A DNA stretch of 64,000 nucleotides from Micrococcales bacterium (lineage in GTDB: Bacteria > Actinomycetota > Actinomycetes > S36-B12 > UBA10799): assembly GCA_016703125.1 (NCBI GenBank), contig JADJCR010000003.1, forward strand, positions 214,505 through 278,504, in the 5' to 3' direction. Shown one piece after another: positions 1-8,919 of the stretch. The translations under genes were made by a program, and so were the position numbers. A model generated the notes under the pieces. The model did not search any database. It saw nothing but the letters and a program-made list of their open reading frames with translations, and had not been told where the DNA came from. Positions within the stretch are counted from its first letter, which is position 1. Each line of letters starts with the position of its first letter.

Positions 1-437
1 GCCCGCTGACGATGGACCTGGACCTGCTCGTGCAGCGCACCAACGAGAACCCGGTCTACTACGTGCAGTACGCCCACGCACGCATCTCCTCGGTCCTGCG
101 CAACGCCGAGGATCTGGGCATCGACTGGCGGGCCGCCGGGTTCGACCCGGGACTGCTGGTCCACGAGCGGGAGTCCGCACTGCTGGGCGTACTCGCAGAG
201 TTCCCACGGATCATCGGCACCGCCGCCGAACTGCGCGAACCGCACCGGGTCAGCCGTTATCTGGAAGAGGTCGCCACCGCGTACCACAAGTTCTACGACT
301 CGTGCCGGGTCCTGCCGCGTGCCGAGGAGCAGGTCGGACCTCTTCACGTGTCGCGACTCTGGCTGTGTGCTGCCGCCCGGCAGGTGATCGCCAACGGCCT
401 GGACCTGTGCGGCGTGAGCGCTCCGGAGAGGATGTGA
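1..437 (+). CDS. argS: arginine--tRNA ligase, C-terminal fragment (gene begins upstream of window)
   Basis: Frame is open to the window edge. Translation ..[60 protein letters not shown] matches the DALR anticodon-binding domain of ArgRS. Stop TGA 435-437. Confidence 0.9.
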   Translation, partial: PLTMDLDLLVQRTNENPVYYVQYAHARISSVLRNAEDLGIDWRAAGFDPGLLVHERESALLGVLAEFPRIIGTAAELREPHRVSRYLEEVATAYHKFYDSCRVLPRAEEQVGPLHVSRLWLCAAARQVIANGLDLCGVSAPERM

Positions 438-1243
438 TCGCAGGGCGCGTGGCTCTGGTCACGGGGGCCTCGTCGGGGATCGGTCTGGCAACGGCGCGAA
501 CCCTGCATGCCCGTGGCGCCCGGGTCGCCCTGCTGGCGCGCTCGACCGACCGCCTGAACGAGATCGCGGGCGAACTGGGCGACGGCGCCCTGGCGCTTCC
601 GGGGGACGTGGCCGACGTCGCGTTCCTCCACCAGGCGGTCCAGAGGGTCGTGGCGGAGTTCGGGGGTCTGGACATCCTCGTCAACAACGCCGGGATCCAC
701 TACCGCGGGTCGATGCTGCGGCACAGCCCCGAGCAACTGGCCCAGATGATCGCAGTGAACACCGCCGGTCCCATCGCCCTGACGAGGATCGCCGTCGACC
801 ACATGCCACCGGGCTCGGTCATCGTCAACGTCGCGAGCCTGGCCGGAAAGCTGCCCGTCCCTGGGGCCGCCACGTACTCCGGCAGCAAGGCCGGGGTGCG
901 GTTCTGGGCGATGGCCGCCGCGGAGGACCTCGCCGAGCGGGGCATCCGAATCGCCACCGTGAACCCCGGGCCGGTGGACTCCGGCTTCTTCGACGCCGAT
1001 CTCGACAACGTGACGCCGATGACGCTCAGCCAGCCCATGAGTACCGTGCAGCAGTGCGCTGACGCCGTCGTGCGCGCGATCGAGTCCGACGCCTCGCCGT
1101 TGGAGATCGACCTGCCGTCCGCCTCCGGCAGACTCGCCACGTTGGGGTACCTGTCCCCGCCGCTGCGCAGGCTCCTGCGGCCGGTCCTTGAGAAGCGCGG
1201 CGCGAAGGTGAAGGAGCAGTTGAAGCGGCGCAAGGGCCTGTGA
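434..1243 (+). CDS. SDR family oxidoreductase (short-chain dehydrogenase)
   Basis: GTG 434 overlaps the argS stop (GTGA). Rossmann motif [12 protein letters not shown], and catalytic YSGSK (Y-x3-K). Confidence 0.85.
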   Translation: MIAGRVALVTGASSGIGLATARTLHARGARVALLARSTDRLNEIAGELGDGALALPGDVADVAFLHQAVQRVVAEFGGLDILVNNAGIHYRGSMLRHSPEQLAQMIAVNTAGPIALTRIAVDHMPPGSVIVNVASLAGKLPVPGAATYSGSKAGVRFWAMAAAEDLAERGIRIATVNPGPVDSGFFDADLDNVTPMTLSQPMSTVQQCADAVVRAIESDASPLEIDLPSASGRLATLGYLSPPLRRLLRPVLEKRGAKVKEQLKRRKGL

Positions 1244-1286
1244 CGCGGCGTCGGGCACCCGTCCTCCCGCAGATACTCTGAGCGTC

Positions 1287-2678
1287 ATGCCCGCACACCC
1301 GGCCGGACCGCGCCACGAGGACATCGTGCACGCCGCTTCCCTCGGAGAACCGCCGACGGATACCAATGCCTTGGCCGCAGCGGTGTGGCCGCAGTCGGCG
1401 GACCGTGTCGACGGCGTGCTACACGTGGGTGGGGTGCCCGTGACCCGGGCCGTGGCGCAGTACGGCAGCCCTGTGTTCCTGCTCGACGAGCAGCACTTCC
1501 GGGTCGCCGCCCGCGCATATGCCCAGGCGTACGCAGGTGCCGACGTCTACTACGCCGCCAAGGCGTTCCTCACCTCGCGGGTGGCGCAGTGGGCCGTCGA
1601 GGAGGGACTGCGCATCGATGTGTGCACCCAGGGGGAGATGGAGGTGGCCCTGCGGGCCGGCGTCGACCCAGCGCTGCTGCTCTTCCACGGCAACAACAAA
1701 GGCGACGTGGAACTGCGCAGGGCATTGCAGGTGGGTATCGGTCGCATCGTGGTCGACTCCCGCACCGAGATCCTGCGCGTGGCGGCCCTGGCCGCGGAAC
1801 TCGGAGTGCGGCCGAAGGTGCTGGTCCGGGTGACCGTCGGCGTTGAGGCGCACACCCACGAGTTCATCGCCACCGCCCACGAGGACCAGAAATTCGGACT
1901 CGCGCTCGCCGGCGGGGCGGCGCAATCCGCGGCCAAGGCCGTGGCGGCCGAGCCGGTGCTGCACCTGGCCGGATTGCACAGTCACATCGGTTCCCAGATC
2001 TTCGACGCCGCCGGATTCGAGGTTGCAGCCCACCGGATGGCAGGACTGGTGGCGGACCTGGTCACCGACGGCATCGGGATCGAGGAGCTCAATCTCGGCG
2101 GCGGCATGGGCATTGCATACACCGCCGCCGACGACCCGCCTCAGGTGGCGGACATGGCAGCGCAGCTGATCGCCATCGTGAACCACGAATGCGAACTGGC
2201 CGGTGTCCCCGTTCCGCGCCTGTCCGTGGAGCCGGGCCGGGCCATCGTGGGCAGCGCGGGGATCACCGTCTACCAAGTGGGAACGGTCAAGCCTGTGGAC
2301 CTCGGGGGGCGATCGCGGCTGTACGTTTCCGTCGACGGCGGCATGAGCGACAACATCCGCGCGGCCTTGTACGGCGCGGATTACACCGTCGTGCTGGCCA
2401 ATCGGGTGTCGGAAGCCCCGCCGGTGGTGGCGCGCGTGGTCGGCAAACACTGCGAGAGCGGGGACGTCGTGGTCCGTGACGCGTGGCTGCCCAGCGACGT
2501 GGGACCGGGTGACCTGCTCGCGGTTGCCGCGACCGGGGCCTACTGCCGCAGCATGGCCAGCAACTACAACTACCTGCCCCGACCGGCGGTGGTGGCCGTG
2601 GCAGGTGGTGCGTGCAGCGTGGTCCTGCGCCGCGAGACCTTCGACGATCTCTTCGCCGTCGACCCTGGCCTCGCCTGA
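1287..2678 (+). CDS. lysA: diaminopimelate decarboxylase
   Basis: 463-aa ORF from ATG 1287. PLP-dependent decarboxylase motifs YYAAKAF, HSHIGSQ, EPGRAIVG, CESGD. Position between argS and hom is as in other actinobacteria. Confidence 0.9.
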   Translation: MPAHPAGPRHEDIVHAASLGEPPTDTNALAAAVWPQSADRVDGVLHVGGVPVTRAVAQYGSPVFLLDEQHFRVAARAYAQAYAGADVYYAAKAFLTSRVAQWAVEEGLRIDVCTQGEMEVALRAGVDPALLLFHGNNKGDVELRRALQVGIGRIVVDSRTEILRVAALAAELGVRPKVLVRVTVGVEAHTHEFIATAHEDQKFGLALAGGAAQSAAKAVAAEPVLHLAGLHSHIGSQIFDAAGFEVAAHRMAGLVADLVTDGIGIEELNLGGGMGIAYTAADDPPQVADMAAQLIAIVNHECELAGVPVPRLSVEPGRAIVGSAGITVYQVGTVKPVDLGGRSRLYVSVDGGMSDNIRAALYGADYTVVLANRVSEAPPVVARVVGKHCESGDVVVRDAWLPSDVGPGDLLAVAATGAYCRSMASNYNYLPRPAVVAVAGGACSVVLRRETFDDLFAVDPGLA

Positions 2679-2731
2679 AACGTGAACCGGGCGTGCGGAA
2701 GTCGGTTGTCCGTTCGTGGGAGACTGTGGGC

Positions 2732-4027
2732 GTGTCTGATTCTGTGCGTGTAGCGCTGCTCGGGGGCGGGACCGTTGGCTCGCAAGTCGCCCGGCTGATG
2801 GCTGATTCCGCCGACGATCTGCAGCAACGCGCGGGTGCGCCCCTGGAACTCGTAGCGGTCGCGGTGCGCGACCTGAGCAAGCCCCGGCCCGGCATCGCGC
2901 CGGAGTTGCTCACCGATGATCCGTTCGCGGTCGTCAAGCGCGAGGACGTCGACATCGTCGTCGAGGTCATGGGTGGCATCGAGCCGACCAAGGAGCTGCT
3001 GGAGACAGCCCTGCGCAATGGTGCCAGCGTGATCACGGCCAACAAGGCCCTGTTGAGCGAGCACGGCGCCGCGTTGCACGAGTTGGCGCACGAGAACGGG
3101 GTGGACCTGTTCTACGAGGCCGCCGTGGCCGGCGCGATCCCGTTGCTGCGCCCGCTTCGGGAGTCCCTGGCGGGCGACCAGGTGCAGCGCGTGCTCGGCA
3201 TCGTCAACGGCACCACGAACTTCATCCTCACCAAGATGGACGAAGAAGGCGCGGATTACGCCGAGGTGCTGGCCGAGGCGCAGCGACTCGGTTACGCCGA
3301 GGCGGATCCCACCGCCGATGTCGAGGGTCACGATGCGGCCGCCAAGGCTGCGATCCTGGCCACCCTGGCCTTCCACTCCAACGTCACGCTGTCCGACGTG
3401 TACTGCGAGGGCATCAGCACCGTCACCCTGCGCGACGTGGACGCTGCCCGCGACCTCGGGTTCGTCATCAAGTTGTTGGCCGTGGCCGAACGCACCCCGG
3501 ACGGCGAGGGGGTTGTCACCAGGGTCCACCCGGCGATGGTCCCCCGCTCCCACCCGCTGGCCAGCGTGCGGGACGCCTTCAACGCCGTGTTCGTGGAGGC
3601 CGAGTCCGCCGGTCAGATGATGTTCTACGGCAGGGGCGCCGGCGGGGAGCCGACGGCGAGCGCGGTCCTGGGGGATCTGGTGACCGCCGCGCGCAACCGG
3701 CGCGCCGGAGCGGGCGGGCAGGCTCAGTCGGTGTACGCCGGGCTGCAGCCCCGGCCGATCGGCGAGGCGGTCACCCGCTACACCGTCAGCCTCGACGTCG
3801 CCGACCGGCCTGGCGTCCTGGCCCAGATCGCCACGTGTTTCGGCGACCATGACGTCTCCATCCAGACCGTGCGGCAGGACACCGACGAGCAGACCGGGCG
3901 CGCGGCGTTGCTGATCCGCACGCATGCCGCCACCGAGGCGGACCTCGCGGCGACAGTGGGCGTCCTGCAGGACCTCGACAGCGTCAATGAGGTGGTTGCG
4001 GTCATGCGTGTGGAAGGTGACGAGTGA
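2732..4027 (+). CDS. hom: homoserine dehydrogenase
   Basis: GTG 2732 gives N-terminus [19 protein letters not shown] (NAD-binding). Also ITANKALL and a C-terminal ACT-like domain. Stop overlaps the thrC start. Confidence 0.9.
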   Translation: MSDSVRVALLGGGTVGSQVARLMADSADDLQQRAGAPLELVAVAVRDLSKPRPGIAPELLTDDPFAVVKREDVDIVVEVMGGIEPTKELLETALRNGASVITANKALLSEHGAALHELAHENGVDLFYEAAVAGAIPLLRPLRESLAGDQVQRVLGIVNGTTNFILTKMDEEGADYAEVLAEAQRLGYAEADPTADVEGHDAAAKAAILATLAFHSNVTLSDVYCEGISTVTLRDVDAARDLGFVIKLLAVAERTPDGEGVVTRVHPAMVPRSHPLASVRDAFNAVFVEAESAGQMMFYGRGAGGEPTASAVLGDLVTAARNRRAGAGGQAQSVYAGLQPRPIGEAVTRYTVSLDVADRPGVLAQIATCFGDHDVSIQTVRQDTDEQTGRAALLIRTHAATEADLAATVGVLQDLDSVNEVVAVMRVEGDE

Positions 4028-5067
4028 GCGCGCACGTGTGGCGGGGGATCATCGAGGAGTACCGCGAGCGCCTACCGGTCGGCGAACAGACCCCGGTCAT
4101 CACGCTGCGCGAGGGTGGCACCCCACTGGTGCCCGCGCACCGGCTCAGCGAGATGACCGGATGCGACGTGTACCTCAAGGTCGAGGGCGCCAACCCCACC
4201 GGTTCCTTCAAGGACCGAGGCATGACGATGGCCATCTCGCAGGCCGCGCAGGAAGGCGCCAAGGCGGTGATCTGCGCCTCGACGGGGAACACCAGTGCCA
4301 GTGCCGCCGCCTACGCCGTGCGTGCCGACATGGTGTGTGCCGTGCTGGTGCCCGCGGGCAAGATCGCCATGGGCAAACTCGCGCAGGCTCTTGTCCATGG
4401 GGCACGTCTTCTGCAGGTCGACGGCAATTTCGACGACTGCCTCACGCTGGCCCGGCGATTGTCCGACGAATACCCGGTCGCCCTGGTGAACAGCGTGAAC
4501 CCTGCCCGCATCGAGGGCCAGAAGACCGCCAGCTTCGAGATTGTCGACCAGCTCGGCGCCGCGCCCGACATCCACTGCCTGCCCGTGGGCAACGCCGGCA
4601 ACATCACCGCCTACTGGAAGGGCTACCGGGAGTACACAACCTCCCCGCGGATGTGGGGGTTCCAGGCCGCTGGGGCCGCGCCGATTGTGCGTGGTGCCCC
4701 TGTGCGGCGGCCGCAGACCATCGCCACGGCCATCCGGATCGGCAACCCTGCGTCCTGGGCGCAGGCCGAAGCCGCCCGGGACGAATCGGCCGGGGTCATC
4801 GAGATGGTCACCGACCGGCAGATCCTCAGTGCGTACAAGTTGCTGGCCGCCGGTGAGGGCGTGTTCGTCGAGCCGGCGTCCGCCGCCGGGGTGGCCGGCT
4901 TGCTGGCCAAGCACGCGGCCGGAGAACTGGATGCGGGTCAGACCGTGGTGTGCACCGTCACCGGCAACGGGTTGAAGGACCCGCAGTGGGCGATCGCCGG
5001 TGCGCCTCAACCGGTCGGCATCGCGGTCGATGCGCAGGCGGCTGCGGCGGAATTAGGCCTTCTCTGA
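4024..5067 (+). CDS. thrC: threonine synthase
   Basis: GTG 4024 overlaps the hom stop (GTGA). PLP-lysine motif GSFKDRGMT and [13 protein letters not shown]. 347 aa. Confidence 0.92.
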   Translation: MSAHVWRGIIEEYRERLPVGEQTPVITLREGGTPLVPAHRLSEMTGCDVYLKVEGANPTGSFKDRGMTMAISQAAQEGAKAVICASTGNTSASAAAYAVRADMVCAVLVPAGKIAMGKLAQALVHGARLLQVDGNFDDCLTLARRLSDEYPVALVNSVNPARIEGQKTASFEIVDQLGAAPDIHCLPVGNAGNITAYWKGYREYTTSPRMWGFQAAGAAPIVRGAPVRRPQTIATAIRIGNPASWAQAEAARDESAGVIEMVTDRQILSAYKLLAAGEGVFVEPASAAGVAGLLAKHAAGELDAGQTVVCTVTGNGLKDPQWAIAGAPQPVGIAVDAQAAAAELGLL

Positions 5068-5917
5068 TGCCCGTGGTCGTGCAGGCGCCCGCCACCTCCG
5101 CGAACCTCGGTCCCGGTTTCGACTGTCTCGGCCTGGCGCTCGAACTGCGCGATCGCGTGACCTTCACGCCGGCCGACACCACGAGCGTCCGCGTCGTGGG
5201 GGAGGGCGCGGGGGAGGTGTCCCTCGGCCCCGACCACCTGGTGCTCGCCAGTTTCCGCGCGGCCTTCGCCGAGTGTGACCTGCCGGCCCCCGAGGTGGCA
5301 GTGCACTGCGAGAACCGGATCCCACACGGGCGCGGACTGGGCAGTTCTTCTGCGGCCATCGTGACCGGCCTGGTCGGCGCGCGGGCGATGGGCGCAGATC
5401 TGGACGACGCGCAGGCACTGGCCCTGGCCACCCGGATCGAGGGGCATCCCGACAACGTCGCCCCCGCACTGCTCGGTGGCTTGACTGTTTCGTGGGTGCA
5501 GGACGGTACCGGTCGGGCGGTCAGGATCGATCCGGCCGCAGGACTGCGAGCGGTGGTGGCCATCCCGGACACCAGGCTCAGTACGGCCACCGCCCGCACC
5601 TTGTTGCCGCAGACTGTGCCGTTCGCCGACGCGGCGCACGCGGTGAGCCGCGCGGCACTTGCTGTGGCTGCTTTCGGTGGTCATCCCGAGCACCTGTTGG
5701 CTGCCACCGAGGACCGCCTGCACCAGGACTACCGCAAGTCCGCGTACCCCTCTCGTGGGAACTGGTCCAGCAATGGCGTGCGGCGGGTGTTCCGGCGGCG
5801 ATCTCGGGCGCGGGACCCACAGTGATCGCCTTCGCCGGCGGCATGCAGGCGCCGCCCGGCTGGCGGTGCGAGGAATTGCGGATCGCCGATCAGGGAGCGA
5901 CGGTCAGCGCGCTCTGA
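5067..5917 (+). pseudogene. thrB: homoserine kinase, apparent single-base frameshift (possibly an assembly error)
   Basis: ATG 5067 overlaps the thrC stop (TGATG). The N-terminal part ([25 protein letters not shown].., GHMP-kinase motif PHGRGLGSSSAAIV) is in the frame of ORF 4950..5825. The conserved C-terminus (..SWELVQQWRAAGVPAAISGAGPTVIAF..) continues in the frame of ORF 5492..5917. The switch is at the CCCC run 5747-5750. Confidence 0.85.
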
Positions 5918-6575
5918 CCGTTTCAGGCCGCAGCGCCCTCTCGCGCCACTCGGGGTAGCCGCCCGTCGCGCGCCGCGCGTCGAACCCGGCCTGCCGCAGC
6001 CGGGCTACCGCCGTCGCCGCCATGACGCAGTACGGCCCGCGGCAGTAGGCGACGATGTGTGCGTCGCTCGGCAGGTCCGGCATCCGGTCGGCGATCTGGG
6101 CGAGGGGGATGTTGATCGCGCCGTCCACGTGGCCGTTCTCGTACTCACTGGCGGGGCGGACATCGACGATCATCGCCCTGCCCGATCGTGCGATTCTGTC
6201 GAGTTCGTCGAACGACACCGGCTCGAGCCCGTCGGCCTGCGAGAAGAAGGCCTCTGCCAGAGATGTGACCTCGGCGATGTGCGTCTCGGCCAGGGACACC
6301 AGAGTCCGATAGGCGGCGGCGACGCCGGGATCCGTGAGTCGGTAGATCCGGGCCGTGCCCTCCGCGCGCCGGGTCACCAGTCCTGCGGACGCCAGCACCT
6401 GTAGATGGTGCGAGGTGGTGGCGATGCTTGCGGAGATCTGCTCGGACAGGGATTCGACGCTGCGCTCTCCCTGCGCCAGTACGTCGACGATCTCGACCCT
6501 CTTGGCATGACCGAGCGCAGCGCCGATGCGTGCGAAGTGCGCGAACGACTCGTCTTTGAATTGGCGGGGGTGCAT
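5904..6575 (-). CDS. ArsR/SmtB-family transcriptional regulator fused to a rhodanese domain
   Basis: 223 aa. N-terminal winged helix (..RVEIVDVLAQGERSVESLSEQISASIATTSHHLQVLASAGLVTRR..). C-terminal rhodanese fold with active-site loop AYCRGPYC. The 3' end overlaps thrB convergently by 14 bp. Confidence 0.85.
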   Translation of the reverse strand: MHPRQFKDESFAHFARIGAALGHAKRVEIVDVLAQGERSVESLSEQISASIATTSHHLQVLASAGLVTRRAEGTARIYRLTDPGVAAAYRTLVSLAETHIAEVTSLAEAFFSQADGLEPVSFDELDRIARSGRAMIVDVRPASEYENGHVDGAINIPLAQIADRMPDLPSDAHIVAYCRGPYCVMAATAVARLRQAGFDARRATGGYPEWRERALRPETVRAR

Positions 6576-6600
6576 GGATCGATCCTCCTCATCTACAGTG

Positions 6601-6622
6601 TATTCAAAGAATCACTTGAATA
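6601..6622. promoter_or_regulatory. perfect inverted repeat TATTCAA-N8-TTGAATA in a divergent promoter (candidate ArsR-type operator)
   Basis: tattcaa agaatcac ttgaata lies in the 57-bp AT-rich spacer between the ArsR-rhodanese start (6575, minus) and the DsrE start (6633, plus). It is the only AT-rich patch locally. Confidence 0.5.
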
Positions 6623-6632
6623 TGGAGTTGCG

Positions 6633-6983
6633 ATGCAGGCCCTGATGATCATCAACGGCTCGGCCTACGGCCTGGACTCGACGTACAACGCAATTCGGCT
6701 GGCCGCATCGATGGCCAAGCGTGATGGTGTCCAGATGACGGTATTCCTGATGGGCGACGGCGTGACGGCTGCGATGAAGGGTCAGAAGACCCCCGACGGC
6801 TACTACAAACTCGACCGCATGCTCGGCACGGTCGCGCGCAGCGAGGGCGCCATCTTGTGCTGTGGCACGTGCATGGATGCCCGCGGCATCACCCCCGAGA
6901 TGCTTGTCGACGGGGCGAAGCGGTCCACCATGGAGGAACTCACCGATCACACCCTGGCCGCGGACAAGGTCCTCGTTTTCTGA
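6633..6983 (+). CDS. DsrE/DsrF-like sulfur-relay family protein
   Basis: ATG 6633 preceded by GGAG (6624-6627). 116 aa with MIINGSAYG..FLMGDGV..CCGTCMDARG. Confidence 0.7.
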   Translation: MQALMIINGSAYGLDSTYNAIRLAASMAKRDGVQMTVFLMGDGVTAAMKGQKTPDGYYKLDRMLGTVARSEGAILCCGTCMDARGITPEMLVDGAKRSTMEELTDHTLAADKVLVF

Positions 6984-6990
6984 GGCTGTG

Positions 6991-8139
6991 ATGACCCGAT
7001 CCCACCCCGCGCTCATCGGACGAGGCGTGTACCTCGACTACAACGCCACGACGCCCGTCGATCCGAGGGTGGTCGATGCCATCACGAGCGTGCTGCGGCA
7101 TGAGTTCGGCAACCCTTCCAGTGCTCACGAGTACGGCCAGACCGCGGCCGGCGCGATGGCCAGGGCACGGGCGCAGGTCCTCCGACTGCTCAACGGCACG
7201 GCCGGACGCCTCATCTTCACCGGCAGTGGTTCTGAGGCGGACGCGCTGGCCATCAAAGGTGCCGTGACGGCGCAGGCGGACGCAGTCGCGACGCCGCATG
7301 TGATCACCCAAGCGACCGAGCATCCCGCGGTGCTGGCCGCGTGTGCGGAACTGCACGCCGCCGGGATCGAGGTGACAGTGCTGTCCGTGGACAGTGACGG
7401 CCGCCTTGATCCAGATGCCGTGCGATCCGCCATCCGGGCCGCAACGGTCCTGGTCAGCGTGATGCACGCGAACAACGAGACCGGGACCATCCAGCCGATC
7501 GCGGAGATCGCCCGCGTGGCGCACGAGCACGGCGCACTCATGCACTGCGATGCCGCTCAATCCGTGGGCAAGGTCCCCGTGGACGTGCAGGAACTCGGTG
7601 TCGACATGCTCACCGTGGTCGGACACAAGATGTACGCGCCCAAGGGGGTGGCGGCGCTGTTCGTCCGGGACGGCGTTGGCCTGCAACCCCTTGTGGCTGG
7701 CGGCGGGCAGGAGTACGGGTTCCGGGCCGGCACGGAGAACGTCGCGTACATCGTGGGGATGGGCGTCGCCGCTGAGCTGGCCTCGGAGGCCCTGGTTGCA
7801 GGCGAGGGGGTCCGGCTGGCGTCATTGCGCGATCTGCTGGAGAACCGACTGCGGGCCGAACTGCCAGGCCGCGTGCTCGTGAACGGCGACCCTTTGCAGC
7901 GGCTTCCCAACACCTCCAACCTGAGTGTGGAAGGTCTGGTGGTGGACAACGTGTTCGCACGTATCGCTGCGTCGGCCGGCTCGGCGTGCCACGCGGGTCA
8001 GCGATCGCCCTCGCCGGTCCTCACCGCGATGGGACTGTCGGCCGAACGCTGCGACTGTGCCGTGCGATTCTCCTTGGGCCGCTGGAGCACCGAATCAGAT
8101 GTTCACCGCGCGGTCGACGCGGTCGTCAGCGCGGTCTGA
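6991..8139 (+). CDS. cysteine desulfurase (NifS/IscS-like, class V aminotransferase)
   Basis: ATG 6991. Motifs LDYNATTP, SGSEA, HANNETG, PLP-lysine in GHKMYAPKG, and active-site cysteine in SAGSACH. Confidence 0.88.
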   Translation: MTRSHPALIGRGVYLDYNATTPVDPRVVDAITSVLRHEFGNPSSAHEYGQTAAGAMARARAQVLRLLNGTAGRLIFTGSGSEADALAIKGAVTAQADAVATPHVITQATEHPAVLAACAELHAAGIEVTVLSVDSDGRLDPDAVRSAIRAATVLVSVMHANNETGTIQPIAEIARVAHEHGALMHCDAAQSVGKVPVDVQELGVDMLTVVGHKMYAPKGVAALFVRDGVGLQPLVAGGGQEYGFRAGTENVAYIVGMGVAAELASEALVAGEGVRLASLRDLLENRLRAELPGRVLVNGDPLQRLPNTSNLSVEGLVVDNVFARIAASAGSACHAGQRSPSPVLTAMGLSAERCDCAVRFSLGRWSTESDVHRAVDAVVSAV

Positions 8140-8147
8140 GGCGCAGG

Positions 8148-8621
8148 TCAGACCTCCCGCGGCACCCTGCCCGTGATCTTCATCATCCGGCACATCATCC
8201 GGTGACCGCCGTCGGAAGCCTTCCCGAACATCAGCGGGCAGCCACCGTCGATGACCATGATCCCGGCCTCCCGCCCGATCCGGGTCGCTTCCTCCGAGAC
8301 ACTGCCGGCGCCGAAGGAACGGTGCATCCAGACGTACTGGACGCCGAGGTCAACCGCTTCGCGCATGGTCGCCGGCGCGTGTTCGGCGCTCGTGGCGATC
8401 ACCACGGCGTCCACGCCGCCGGGGATAGCCGCCAGGTTCGGGTACGCTCGGTCGCCCTCGACCTGCTCGGCCTGCGGGTTCACGGCGAAGACCTCATAAC
8501 CTCGTTCCCGCAGCCGGGTGTACACGGCGTTGCTGCCGTGGCCCTCCGCTTTGCGGGCCACACCCGTCACGGCGACCCGGTGCTGGCCCAAGAACTGTTC
8601 TGCCGCCTCCGCGATCTTCAT
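8148..8621 (-). CDS. CoA-binding domain protein (YccU/YneT-like)
   Basis: 157 aa with ..RVAVTGVARKAEGHGSNAVY..GYEVFAVNP..VDAVVIATSAEH..VQYVWMH. Confidence 0.75.
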   Translation of the reverse strand: MKIAEAAEQFLGQHRVAVTGVARKAEGHGSNAVYTRLRERGYEVFAVNPQAEQVEGDRAYPNLAAIPGGVDAVVIATSAEHAPATMREAVDLGVQYVWMHRSFGAGSVSEEATRIGREAGIMVIDGGCPLMFGKASDGGHRMMCRMMKITGRVPREV

Positions 8622-8919
8622 CGCAGCCCTCCTCTCACACCACCTTCCAGGCTACGCCCGCGGGCACGACGACGAGTGGCGTCTACTGCGACACCGGCGG
8701 TGAAGTGCGCCCTTGGGTTCCCCCGGTGTTGCCGGGGTGTTACAGTGACCGTAGCCAGGGCGTTCGAACCGTGGCGATCCATCGGGCAAGTTTTCTTAGC
8801 CCTATCTCTCCACCTGACGCCCTTCGGCATTACCTGTCCGCTGTGAGCGGTGGTTGTCATATTCACCGTTCACCTTGTGGGGCGCAGCGCGCCTCGACGT
8901 CCATGAAGGGACGTTCCAG

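Noticed and set aside
5740-5760. Programmed ribosomal frameshifting as the explanation for the split genes (thrB, rho, prmC, atpG, murA and others).
   Set aside because: None of these families is known to use programmed frameshifting; the release factor here is prfA, not prfB. The shifts go in both directions, lack slippery heptamers and stimulatory structures, and cluster at short mononucleotide runs.
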